Below, in pieces: positions 16,420-24,823 of a stretch of 64,000 bases of DNA. The position numbers were made by a program, and so were the translations under genes. Source of the DNA: an uncultured Acidobacteriota bacterium (GTDB lineage Bacteria; Acidobacteriota; Terriglobia; Terriglobales; Acidobacteriaceae); contig CAWBHF010000021.1 of NCBI GenBank assembly GCA_963788645.1, positions 3,410 to 67,409 on the forward strand, read 5' to 3'. The notes under the pieces are model-generated. The model was not told the origin of the DNA. It saw nothing but the letters and a program-made list of their open reading frames with translations, and did not search any database. How positions within the stretch are numbered: position 1 is the first letter of the stretch; the number at the start of each line of letters is the position of its first letter.

Positions 16420-16851
16420 ATGGCACACGAAGTTCAAGTCGGAACGATTCTGATTAAGGAAAATCCGGGCATGGCGCAGGCGATTGGGTTCCAAAGTGAG
16501 CCCTACTCATCCAACTGGGGAGTAGTCAAGACGCTCGATGGCTTGGCTCTCGATCGCGAGATCCATGCCGCGGGATGGAACTTCTTCTTCATGGCTGCAC
16601 AGGTGAAGGTAACGTTCTTCGGTGCAATCGAGACGAAGAGTATCCAGAACGCGGTGGGGCGAATATTGGGAAAACTGAAGCCAATGAATTTTAATTGTCT
16701 TGAGGTCACCGGAATCGTAGCCAAACGATTTCTGGGTGTGCCGTATACAGTCATTTCGGCGCATTCGCGCCATATCCAACAAGGTTGCTGCCTCGACGGC
16801 GTCGATGAACGAGGGCGATTTCACTACGATCCCGAGCAAGCCCGAGGTTGA
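16420..16851 (+). CDS. Hypothetical protein
   Basis: ORF 16408-16851; the ATG at 16420 lies 6 nt after GTGGAGG. No recognisable domain. Confidence 0.55.
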   Translation: MAHEVQVGTILIKENPGMAQAIGFQSEPYSSNWGVVKTLDGLALDREIHAAGWNFFFMAAQVKVTFFGAIETKSIQNAVGRILGKLKPMNFNCLEVTGIVAKRFLGVPYTVISAHSRHIQQGCCLDGVDERGRFHYDPEQARG

Positions 16852-16947
16852 GCGTGTTCTGCGCTCTGGCACTTCCGTTCATGAAACTTAACCGGAATCT
16901 AGACTTCGACCCGACTCCTTGAAGGGCGACCCGGAAGAGAACTCCAG

Positions 16948-17088
16948 TTACTTTTCCGCACGCGCCAGACGCCGATCTCTATGCGGATCTGTGCGGGGTT
17001 GGCCAGTGCTGAGTTCACACTTTTCTCCTGGCTTCGCTCCGCAAGTAGGACAACGAACCGCGAGGGCTCGCTTACATTTGGCTGTCAT
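16948..17088 (-). CDS. Possible 46-aa zinc-ribbon-like basic peptide (not in the ORF track)
   Basis: Codon-by-codon translation gives MTAKCKRALAVRCPTCGAKPGEKCELSTGQPRTDPHRDRRLARAEK. No RBS. Confidence 0.3.
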   Translation of the reverse strand: MTAKCKRALAVRCPTCGAKPGEKCELSTGQPRTDPHRDRRLARAEK

Positions 17089-17121
17089 GGCTACATAATG
17101 CAACCGCGCTCGGCAACAAGA

Positions 17122-17137
17122 TGTGCAATTTTGATCA
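17122..17137 (+). promoter_or_regulatory. Box 3 of the 16-bp inverted repeat (TGTGCAATTTTGATCA)
   Basis: 21 nt later comes TATTCT (17159-17164). It lies upstream of the 17384 gene, with a ~210-nt leader. Confidence 0.45.
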
Positions 17138-17383
17138 GTTCATTCATTTCAGCCTCGCTATTCTTGTAGCTCCGTATCAGTTAAGTCCGTCCGCGAAATC
17201 GTTGTGAGCGTTATTGACCAGACGTGACGAGCCGCGAAGTGAGAATGTCATAGCAGAACTGTTTGCGAGCGAGACAAAACTTGCACTACGTTTCGTTCGG
17301 CAATCGCGCCTCTCCATCCACGCAACCCGCAGCAGCAGAGCATCACCGGGCAAGCCAAGGATGACCAGGCAAAAGGAAGCACA

Positions 17384-18547
17384 ATGCGTTTCATCCCTTC
17401 TATTCGTTCGTTGTTGTTCGCGCTCGTAATGCTAGCCGTCTCGGCTGCGGCGTTCGCGCAAATCGGCATATCCATTACCATCGCCCCTCCAGCGCTGCCC
17501 GTGTATGAGCAGCCACCCCTCCCCGCGCAGGGCTATATCTGGACACCTGGCTACTGGGCCTACAGCCAGGGCGATTATTACTGGGTGCCAGGCACGTGGG
17601 TGATGGCCCCGCAAGTCGGCTTCCTCTGGACTCCGGGCTATTGGGGTTGGAACAATGGCGGATACGCTTTCAATGAAGGCTACTGGGGTCCTCACGTGGG
17701 TTTCTATGGCGGAATCAATTATGGCTACGGCTATACCGGTGAAGGTTACCAGGGCGGGCGCTGGGACCACGGGCAGTTTGCCTACAACCGTTCGGTGAAC
17801 AACGTGAATGTCACCAACATTCACAACACCTATAACACCACAGTGATCAACAATACGACCGTAAACCGGGTGAGCTACAACGGCGGCAACGGGGGACTCA
17901 CTGCCCGTCCCAACTCGGAACAAGAGGCTGCAGCGCACGAGAAACATATCGCGCCGGTCGCGGTTCAGACTCAACATGCCCAGGCTGCACGCGCGAACCC
18001 GCAGCAGCGGGCTTCCGTGAACCAGGGCAAGCCGGCCATCGCAGCTACTCCCAAACCGGGAGCATTTAGCGCCGGCGTACCGGCCAAGGAAGCAGGAGCG
18101 CCGTATAAACCTGAAGGCAAGAGTGCGGTCGCTCAGCCCTCGGCAAAGACGCCACCTGCTCGGTCGGCGAACAACGTTCCTCGACCTGGCACTGCGGAGC
18201 GCAGTACTCCAGAACCGAGCAATGAAGCGCCTCGTCCAACGACTGCACCGGAGAAGGCAACTGCGCCGCGTCCGGAGAACACGCCGCGTCCGGTAGAGAA
18301 CGCCTCTCGGAATGAAAGCAAGCCTCAACCGCAAGGCGCTCCACACCCAGAAGCCGCTCCTCGTCCAGAGACCGCTTCGCGTCCGGAGAATGCTCCTCAT
18401 CCAGAAGCCGCGGCCAAGCCCGAGAATACGCCGCGTGCTGAAGGCCAGGCTCATCCGGAGGCTGCTCCCAGGGCTGAAGCCCGTCCAGAGAATGCTCCTA
18501 AGCCAGAAAAAGAGGCTGCTCCAGAAGAACGGCGACAACAGCAGTAA
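17384..18547 (+). CDS. Secreted YXWGXW-repeat protein with a Pro/Glu/Ala-rich low-complexity C-terminal half
   Basis: 387 aa with a signal peptide. GYIWTPGYWAYSQGDYYWVPGTWVMAP..GFLWTPGYWGWNNGGYAFNEGYWG are WxxGxW-type repeats. The C-terminus carries degenerate PENAPxPEAA repeats. Confidence 0.85.
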   Translation: MRFIPSIRSLLFALVMLAVSAAAFAQIGISITIAPPALPVYEQPPLPAQGYIWTPGYWAYSQGDYYWVPGTWVMAPQVGFLWTPGYWGWNNGGYAFNEGYWGPHVGFYGGINYGYGYTGEGYQGGRWDHGQFAYNRSVNNVNVTNIHNTYNTTVINNTTVNRVSYNGGNGGLTARPNSEQEAAAHEKHIAPVAVQTQHAQAARANPQQRASVNQGKPAIAATPKPGAFSAGVPAKEAGAPYKPEGKSAVAQPSAKTPPARSANNVPRPGTAERSTPEPSNEAPRPTTAPEKATAPRPENTPRPVENASRNESKPQPQGAPHPEAAPRPETASRPENAPHPEAAAKPENTPRAEGQAHPEAAPRAEARPENAPKPEKEAAPEERRQQQ

Positions 18548-18567
18548 ACCCGACTGCTTCCATGAGA

Positions 18568-18593
18568 CGGCTCGCAGCACATGCTGCGAGCCG
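18568..18593. terminator. Perfect 11-bp stem hairpin between convergent genes (bidirectional terminator candidate)
   Basis: CGGCTCGCAGC-ACAT-GCTGCGAGCCG. There is no clean U-run on either side. Confidence 0.45.
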
Positions 18594-18640
18594 CTCTGTT
18601 GCGGATACTGGCGTTTGTTCCTAGACTCAGGTTCCCGCGA

Positions 18641-20212
18641 TTATTGCAATGCCAAGCGCATCGCTTTTCCCTGGCGCTCAAAGTTGATCTGCAGCATTGC
18701 TGGATGATCCCTGGTGAAACTCCCCAAGATAGACGCTGACTGTTCGTACTTGTCAGGTGTGGAACGCACCCGAACAAGGATGCGGTGTTTACCTGAAGGC
18801 AGCCGGACTGTTTCGGTTTCCCGGACATCCATTCGAAATGGATCCCAGTGCTTCTTGATCTGACCGCGCAATGGGCGATCGTAAGTCAACTTGCCGTCGA
18901 TCCATAGCGAAAGGTCTGCCGCAGAGAAGCGATGTTCAATGCGTATGTTCAGCGTGGAATCTGCAACCGCTTTAGAGAGTTCCTTGGAACTGGGCAATTT
19001 TTCTGCGCTGTGGTCGATGGCATTACTCAACATCGGAGCCGGTGTCCCACTCGCGCCCACCATTGCCGATGGACCGGCCTGACTTGAATTTCGCGACAGC
19101 AGATTTTTGTGATACGCAAAGAAGCTGAGAACGATCGTCGCAACCGAGAACACGAGCCCGATGCGTACCGCCGGCCGCCGCCACCAGGACAGGAGCTGCC
19201 GCCGAGTGAATGCTGGTGCTTGTCTCGCCGCGAGCCTCAACACTTGGAAGAGGCCAATTAGTGCAAAGTTCGCTGAGGGAAGGTGAATCGTAACGTCGCC
19301 GGGTGACCGAGCGAGGACTTCTCTCGCTCCCGCGAACCGCGATGCACCAGTGGCACCTTTTGAGATTGTCTGGCCGCGCTCGCGAAGCTCACGCAGATCG
19401 AGAGCAAATTCCAATCCACGCTGGTAACGTTGCGCCGGATCCTTCGCCATAGCTCTAGCGATTACGAAATCCAGTTCAGGGGGAAGGTCGGGGTCAAACG
19501 CGGTTGCCCGGAGGGGCTCGCGGTTGGCGACCTTAAAGCAGACGGTGGTAGCACTGTTACCTTGGAAAGGGCCGTAGCCAGTCACCATGTGGTAGAGAAT
19601 CGCACCTAACGAAAATAGGTCGGAGCGTTTGTCCACTGGCTCACCCTCCAACTGTTCCGGCGACATGTACGCCGGTGTGCCCAGCGCCCGGCCGGGAATC
19701 GTGAGACGCGCGAGGTTCACTTTCGCAATACCGAAATCTGCGATCTTGCCATGGCCGTCGGGCGTCACGAGGATGTTGGCAGGTTTCATGTCACGATGCA
19801 CGACGCCTTGCCCGTGAGCGTGATCCAGCGCCTCCGCAAGTTCTTCCGACAACCGAAGAGCTGTATCGATCGATAGTTTCTTGCTTTTTTCTGAAAGGAG
19901 TCGGTCCAGCGATTGGCCCGGAATGAACTCCATAACAATGAAGGCAATGTGGCTTTCTGGGTCCTCGCCGGTATCGAAGATGGTGACAATGCCGGGATGT
20001 AGCAAACGACCGGCCGCCTGAGCCTCGTGAAAGAACCGCTCCCGGTATTCGCGTTCCTCCTCTGGATTCTGACCGGAGAGCGAGATCGTTTTGACAGCAA
20101 CAAACCGGTCGATTTTGGGATCACGAGCCTTATACACCACTCCCATAGCGCCGCGCCCGACCTCAGCAATGACCTCGTATCGTCCGAAACATCTACCCCA
20201 GCGAGTTTCCAT
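18641..20212 (-). CDS. Ser/Thr protein kinase with a TM segment and an extracytoplasmic C-terminal domain
   Basis: 523 aa. It shows GRGAMGVVYKA, VAVK, HRDMKPANIL, DFGIA and GTPAYMSPE. A hydrophobic segment VRIGLVFSVATIVLSFFAY follows. Confidence 0.95.
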   Translation of the reverse strand: METRWGRCFGRYEVIAEVGRGAMGVVYKARDPKIDRFVAVKTISLSGQNPEEEREYRERFFHEAQAAGRLLHPGIVTIFDTGEDPESHIAFIVMEFIPGQSLDRLLSEKSKKLSIDTALRLSEELAEALDHAHGQGVVHRDMKPANILVTPDGHGKIADFGIAKVNLARLTIPGRALGTPAYMSPEQLEGEPVDKRSDLFSLGAILYHMVTGYGPFQGNSATTVCFKVANREPLRATAFDPDLPPELDFVIARAMAKDPAQRYQRGLEFALDLRELRERGQTISKGATGASRFAGAREVLARSPGDVTIHLPSANFALIGLFQVLRLAARQAPAFTRRQLLSWWRRPAVRIGLVFSVATIVLSFFAYHKNLLSRNSSQAGPSAMVGASGTPAPMLSNAIDHSAEKLPSSKELSKAVADSTLNIRIEHRFSAADLSLWIDGKLTYDRPLRGQIKKHWDPFRMDVRETETVRLPSGKHRILVRVRSTPDKYEQSASILGSFTRDHPAMLQINFERQGKAMRLALQ

Positions 20213-20383
20213 TTGGATCGCAGATTCTTGGTCTGCCAGAAAACACCCGACGCTAGTTTAGGGTTTCGTCCCCAAGAAAGAGTGTTCGTCACAATACCAG
20301 CATGGTTACGGTGGTAATCGTTTCTCGAACCGATGGTCATTGCGGATCCCCAGAGCGCTCGGATTCCCCACTCGAGGCATATG

Positions 20384-20399
20384 TGGTCAATTTTGACCA
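20384..20399 (+). promoter_or_regulatory. Box 4 of the 16-bp inverted repeat (TGGTCAATTTTGACCA; perfect 7-2-7 palindrome)
   Basis: 21 nt later comes GAATAC/AATACT (20421-20427). It lies upstream of the GT4-GH130 operon. Confidence 0.45.
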
Positions 20400-20562
20400 G
20401 TTCTCAACTCCACTTCCGTTGAATACTGAGAGAGGCAAACTCTACTGATGGACGAAATCACGCGCCGGTAACCGATGACGTCCGACCGAGTCGGGTGGCA
20501 CGTCAGGTTTATCGGGACTCTGACGTTATTTCAGCAGCCTTTCTCGGCAGATTTAGGAGCTC

Positions 20563-22968
20563 ATGTCGCTAGCGAACACAGTGCTCCCCAAGGGAATGTT
20601 AGACGTCGTCGGGCCGCGCCCCGTGGTACGGGAGAAAATTTCCGCAACCCGACGGCGATCGCAATCAAAACCATCTTTGCCTAGCCGTATCGCAGTAATT
20701 GGGAACTATCTGCCCCGACAGTGCGGAATTGCTACGTTTACCACCGACTTATGCGCGGCCATATCCGCCGAGTACGGGATCGCTCGATTGTTGGCGCTAC
20801 CCGTAAACGACACCGAACAAGGATATGACTATCCTGCGCGCGTGAGATGGTCGCTCGCCCAGGACGACTTGAAATCGTATGAAGAGGCCGCTGCGTTCCT
20901 AAACTTCAACAATATCGACATGGTCTGCCTACAGCACGAATATGGGATTTTCGGCGGACCCGCGGGCAGCCACATCTTGCAGCTGTTGCGTGGCCTGAAG
21001 ATGCCGGTTGTGACCACTCTGCACACTGTCCTCCGCGAGCCTAATCCTGACCAGCTTGCGGTCATGGAGGAGATCGCAGAGCTTTCGGATCGCCTCATTG
21101 TCATGAGCCAGCTCTCATCCCAGTTCTTGCAAGAAATCTTCAAAGTGCCCGGCAGCAAGATCGACATGGTTCCTCACGGCGTTCCCGACCTGCCATTCCT
21201 CGATCCCAATTTCTACAAGGACCGCTTCGGCGTGGAGGGGAAAGCCGTGCTACTCACATTCGGCCTGCTCTCACCAAACAAGGGAATCGAAAACGTCATT
21301 CAAGCACTGCCGCAAATTTTGTCCAGGCACAAGAATGTTGTGTACGTGGTCGCGGGCGCAACCCACCCTCACATTCTCCGCCGCGAGGGCGACTTGTATC
21401 GAGATCATTTGCGAACCTTGGCGAAGGAAGTGGGAGTGGAGGCGAATGTTATCTTCCACAACCGATTCGTCAGCCCAGATGAGATGGTCGAGTTCATTGG
21501 CGCCGCAGACATTTATATCACTCCCTACCGCCATGAGGCGCAGGTGGTTTCCGGAACGCTTGCTTATGCACTGGGTGCGGGCAAGGCAATCATTTCAACG
21601 CCGTACTGGCACGCGATCGAGTTGCTGGATGACCGCCGCGGCGCGCTGGTTCCCTTCCAGGATCCTGATGCTATCGCAAGGAAAACGGTCGAGCTTTTGG
21701 ATACTCCAGCGATACGCCACGCTATGCGTAAACGTGCTTATTTGTTCGCGCGCGAGATGGTCTGGAAAAGAGTGGCGCAGGGCTACATGGAAAGTTTTAT
21801 ACATGTCCGCAGCGACCGCATGGAGAGTCCACAAGTGCGGTTCTCCGCCCGCATTGCACAAAAAACATTGAATCAGCTGCCGAAGCTGAAGCTGAAGCAC
21901 TTCGACAGGCTGACGGATGACACCGGAATGCTGCAGCACGCAATCTTCACCATCCCCAACTACGCAGAGGGATACACCGCCGACGACAATGCTCGGGCAC
22001 TCATTTTCGCAGTACTGCTCGAGCAACTGGGTAACGGACAGTACCGTAATTCCACCCCAGATCCGTCCTTCCGATATTTGGCGTTTTTGCAACACGCGTT
22101 CGATGCAGAGAGAGGCAGATTCAGAAACTTTCTCGGCTACGATCGCCGGTGGAACGAAGCTGCGGGCTCTGAGGATTGTCATGGGCGCGCTCTATGGGGG
22201 CTGGGAACGGTTCTAGGCCGCTCCAAAAATCAGGGGTTGAGGTGTGCTGCCGGGCGTTTGTTCGAGCTCTCCCTTCCCGCGGTAATGGAATTCAATAGTC
22301 CTCGCGCCTGGGCCTACGCACTGCTCGGGATTCAGGAATATCTCGATTCGTATCCAGGAGATCGGGACGCGCAGAAAATAAGATCGGTTCTCAGCACGCG
22401 GTTGCTTGAAATGTACCGCTCCGTCCAAACATCGGATTGGAAGTGGTTCGAAAACATTCTGGCCTACGGAAACGCGAGATTGCCGCAAGCGCTGCTGCTC
22501 GTGGGCTCTGCCTGCTCAAATGATCGTATGGTATCCGCTGGCCTGGAAGCACTGGATTGGCTCCTGAAAACGCAGCATTGCGAAGCCAACGGCCACTTTG
22601 TGCCAATCGGATCGGACGGCTTCTATCGCTACGACGGTGAAAAGGCCCGTTTCGATCAGCAGCCGCTCGAGGCAGCCGGCGCGGTCTCAGCCTGTTTGCA
22701 AGCCTACCGTGTAACCGGGAATGCGCGCTGGCGCAATGAGGCTTGGTCGGCCTTCAACTGGTTTCTTGGTGACAACGATCTGCAACTTCCTCTTTATGAT
22801 TCCGTCACCGGCGGTTGCCGAGACGGCTTGCACCCTGACCGAGCCAACGAAAACCAGGGAGCAGAATCTACACTATCGTTCCTGATGGCACTGCTCGAAA
22901 TGAGCTCACTGCCAGAACCTGATAGTTCGGGAACAAGCGGTGAGTTACTTGTTGCTTCCACCAAATAG
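20563..22968 (+). CDS. Family 4 glycosyltransferase fused to a ~380-aa C-terminal domain of unknown function
   Basis: 801 aa. The N-terminal half has GT-B/GT4 features (IGNYLPRQCGIATFT..., VVAGATHP..., ADIYITPY..., E-x7-E region). The C-terminal half is unrecognised. The RBS is TAGGAG. Confidence 0.85.
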   Translation: MSLANTVLPKGMLDVVGPRPVVREKISATRRRSQSKPSLPSRIAVIGNYLPRQCGIATFTTDLCAAISAEYGIARLLALPVNDTEQGYDYPARVRWSLAQDDLKSYEEAAAFLNFNNIDMVCLQHEYGIFGGPAGSHILQLLRGLKMPVVTTLHTVLREPNPDQLAVMEEIAELSDRLIVMSQLSSQFLQEIFKVPGSKIDMVPHGVPDLPFLDPNFYKDRFGVEGKAVLLTFGLLSPNKGIENVIQALPQILSRHKNVVYVVAGATHPHILRREGDLYRDHLRTLAKEVGVEANVIFHNRFVSPDEMVEFIGAADIYITPYRHEAQVVSGTLAYALGAGKAIISTPYWHAIELLDDRRGALVPFQDPDAIARKTVELLDTPAIRHAMRKRAYLFAREMVWKRVAQGYMESFIHVRSDRMESPQVRFSARIAQKTLNQLPKLKLKHFDRLTDDTGMLQHAIFTIPNYAEGYTADDNARALIFAVLLEQLGNGQYRNSTPDPSFRYLAFLQHAFDAERGRFRNFLGYDRRWNEAAGSEDCHGRALWGLGTVLGRSKNQGLRCAAGRLFELSLPAVMEFNSPRAWAYALLGIQEYLDSYPGDRDAQKIRSVLSTRLLEMYRSVQTSDWKWFENILAYGNARLPQALLLVGSACSNDRMVSAGLEALDWLLKTQHCEANGHFVPIGSDGFYRYDGEKARFDQQPLEAAGAVSACLQAYRVTGNARWRNEAWSAFNWFLGDNDLQLPLYDSVTGGCRDGLHPDRANENQGAESTLSFLMALLEMSSLPEPDSSGTSGELLVASTK

Positions 22969-22998
22969 GCTTTGATTAGGACCACTGAGCGAACACCT

Positions 22999-23982
22999 AT
23001 GAGCGTTGCCACAACAATTCGTCACGAGCCGCTGCTTCTTCGGCACCCTGCCAACCCAATTTTGACGGCTAAGGACTGGCCATACTCCATTAATAGTGTG
23101 TTCAACGCGGGCGCGACCCTACTGGCCGATGGATCGACCCTCCTACTTTGCCGTGTCGAAGATCGACGGGGCTTGTCCCACCTTTGCGCCGCTCGCTCTC
23201 ACAACGGAGTGGACAATTGGCAAATTGATAAGGAACCGACCTTGATGCCAAGCCCCAAGGAGCATCCCGAAGAAATCTGGGGCATTGAGGATCCGCGTAT
23301 CACTTTCGTACCCGAGTTGCAGCAATACGTAGTCACCTACACCTCGTATTCGCGTGGCGGCCCCGGAGTGTCCCTGGCTCTCACCAAAGACTTCCGCAGT
23401 TTCGAACGGTATGGGGTCATCATGCCACCTGATGATAAAGACTCAGCGTTGCTGCCTCGGAGAATTGATGGATGCTGGGCCCTTATTCATCGGCCGATGA
23501 CGCCGCTGGGTTCGCACATGTGGATTTCCTACTCTCCTGACCTGCGTTATTGGGGCAGGCACAGGCTCATGCTCGAGGCGCGCCGCGGCGCCTGGTGGGA
23601 TGCAAACAAGATTGGTTTGTCGCCGCCGCCCATCGAGACTTCCAGAGGCTGGCTGGTGTTCTATCACGGAGTGCGACACACGCCTTCGGGCTGTCTGTAT
23701 CGATTGGGCTTGGCGCTGTTTGACCTTGAGAATCCGGCAAAGTGCCTATTGCGAGGAGATTCGTGGATCTTTGGGCCAGAAGCTGACTACGAGCGTCACG
23801 GCGACGTCGATGATGTTGTGTTCCCCTGTGGATACACGATCGACGCCGATGGTGACACCATGAATCTTTACTACGGAGCCGCCGACTGCTCGATCGCTCT
23901 CGCACGAACGAGCGTTCGCTCTCTACTCGATTGGCTGGATGCCAATGGAAGTTCCGAGCGGAGACGAGCGCAGGACTTATGA
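22999..23982 (+). CDS. Glycoside hydrolase family 130 (glycosidase/mannoside-phosphorylase-like) protein, cytoplasmic type
   Basis: ORF 22972-23982 has a TTG start; I prefer the ATG at 22999. Diagnostic segments are NPILTAKDWPY..SVFNAGATLL...WGIEDPRITFVPELQQYVVTYTSYS...LALTKDF...DKDSALLPRRIDGCWALIHRP. Confidence 0.85.
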   Translation: MSVATTIRHEPLLLRHPANPILTAKDWPYSINSVFNAGATLLADGSTLLLCRVEDRRGLSHLCAARSHNGVDNWQIDKEPTLMPSPKEHPEEIWGIEDPRITFVPELQQYVVTYTSYSRGGPGVSLALTKDFRSFERYGVIMPPDDKDSALLPRRIDGCWALIHRPMTPLGSHMWISYSPDLRYWGRHRLMLEARRGAWWDANKIGLSPPPIETSRGWLVFYHGVRHTPSGCLYRLGLALFDLENPAKCLLRGDSWIFGPEADYERHGDVDDVVFPCGYTIDADGDTMNLYYGAADCSIALARTSVRSLLDWLDANGSSERRRAQDL

Positions 23983-24200
23983 AACCACTGCTTTGGATCT
24001 TGCACTCGGCGTTTGGGTGCCATCACCAGGAAATGAGTCGCGTGTTCACCATCAAGAAAAGAACCTACCGCGTCTGCTTCCAATGTGGGCAAGAATTCGA
24101 GTATTCCTGGGCTTCGATGCATCCGGTACGGTTGAGTGCTCCCGTCAACCGTTGTGCACTACTAGATCAGGCTGGCCGAGCCGAGGTCGCCGCGACTTGA
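23979..24200 (+). CDS. Small Cys/His-containing hypothetical protein, translationally coupled to the GH130 gene
   Basis: The ATG at 23979 overlaps the GH130 stop (ATGA). The product is MKPLLWILHSAFGCHHQEMSRVFTIKKRTYRVCFQCGQEFEYSW... Confidence 0.5.
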   Translation: MKPLLWILHSAFGCHHQEMSRVFTIKKRTYRVCFQCGQEFEYSWASMHPVRLSAPVNRCALLDQAGRAEVAAT

Positions 24201-24538
24201 GCCCATTGGGCGCAGGTCCCGCACTCCTAATTCTTCACATGTGAGCTATCTTGCTCAGACACGAGGGCCCACACCTGTCATTCTTTATTCTCCTGAGTGT
24301 GTCGAGAGGGCGACGACCGCCAATTCGCAGCTCTCACTCTTAGGCCGCTGTGGGTAAGGTCCCACCTAGTCAAATCGATGCGGCCACATCCAGCCGATTG
24401 GCATTCGTGACCCGTGTGTATGCCGTGGAACCTCCGGCGAACACGATTAGACCCTAAAAGCTTTCGAAGCAGAGATTCAGGCGACACCTCGGCGCGGATG
24501 CGAGGCGCTAGTCCTCGAAATAAGAAAGGTCAAAGATT

Positions 24539-24733
24539 ATGCCGTTAATTCAGCTCCTGGAAGTTCTCATCGTGGTGGGTGTTCTGTTGTGGCTGGTCAA
24601 TCGCTTCATTCCAATGCAGTCGTCCATCAAGTCCATCTTGAATGGTGTGGTGGTCATCGCCGTGGTGCTTTGGCTGCTCAATGTATTCGGACTGTTTAAC
24701 TCCCTTTCCGCTATCCACATCGGCAAAGGATGA
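24539..24733 (+). CDS. Thivi_2564-family small membrane protein
   Basis: MPLIQLLEVLIVVGVLLWLVNRFIPMQSSIKSILNGVVVIAVVLWLLNVFGLF... Confidence 0.8.
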   Translation: MPLIQLLEVLIVVGVLLWLVNRFIPMQSSIKSILNGVVVIAVVLWLLNVFGLFNSLSAIHIGKG

Positions 24734-24823
24734 TGAACTGGAAAGGGACGCCCTAGGAACATTTTGTCACCAGGGCAAGATCGAGACCACGTAACCCGGC
24801 AGAGGTCTGCCCAAGGAGAGACT

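Noticed and set aside
24235-24244. Perfect 10-bp palindrome TCACATGTGA resembling back-to-back CRP half-sites
   Set aside because: Dozens of perfect 10-bp palindromes are expected by chance in 64 kb. The half-sites are in the wrong relative orientation and spacing for a CRP-type dimer.
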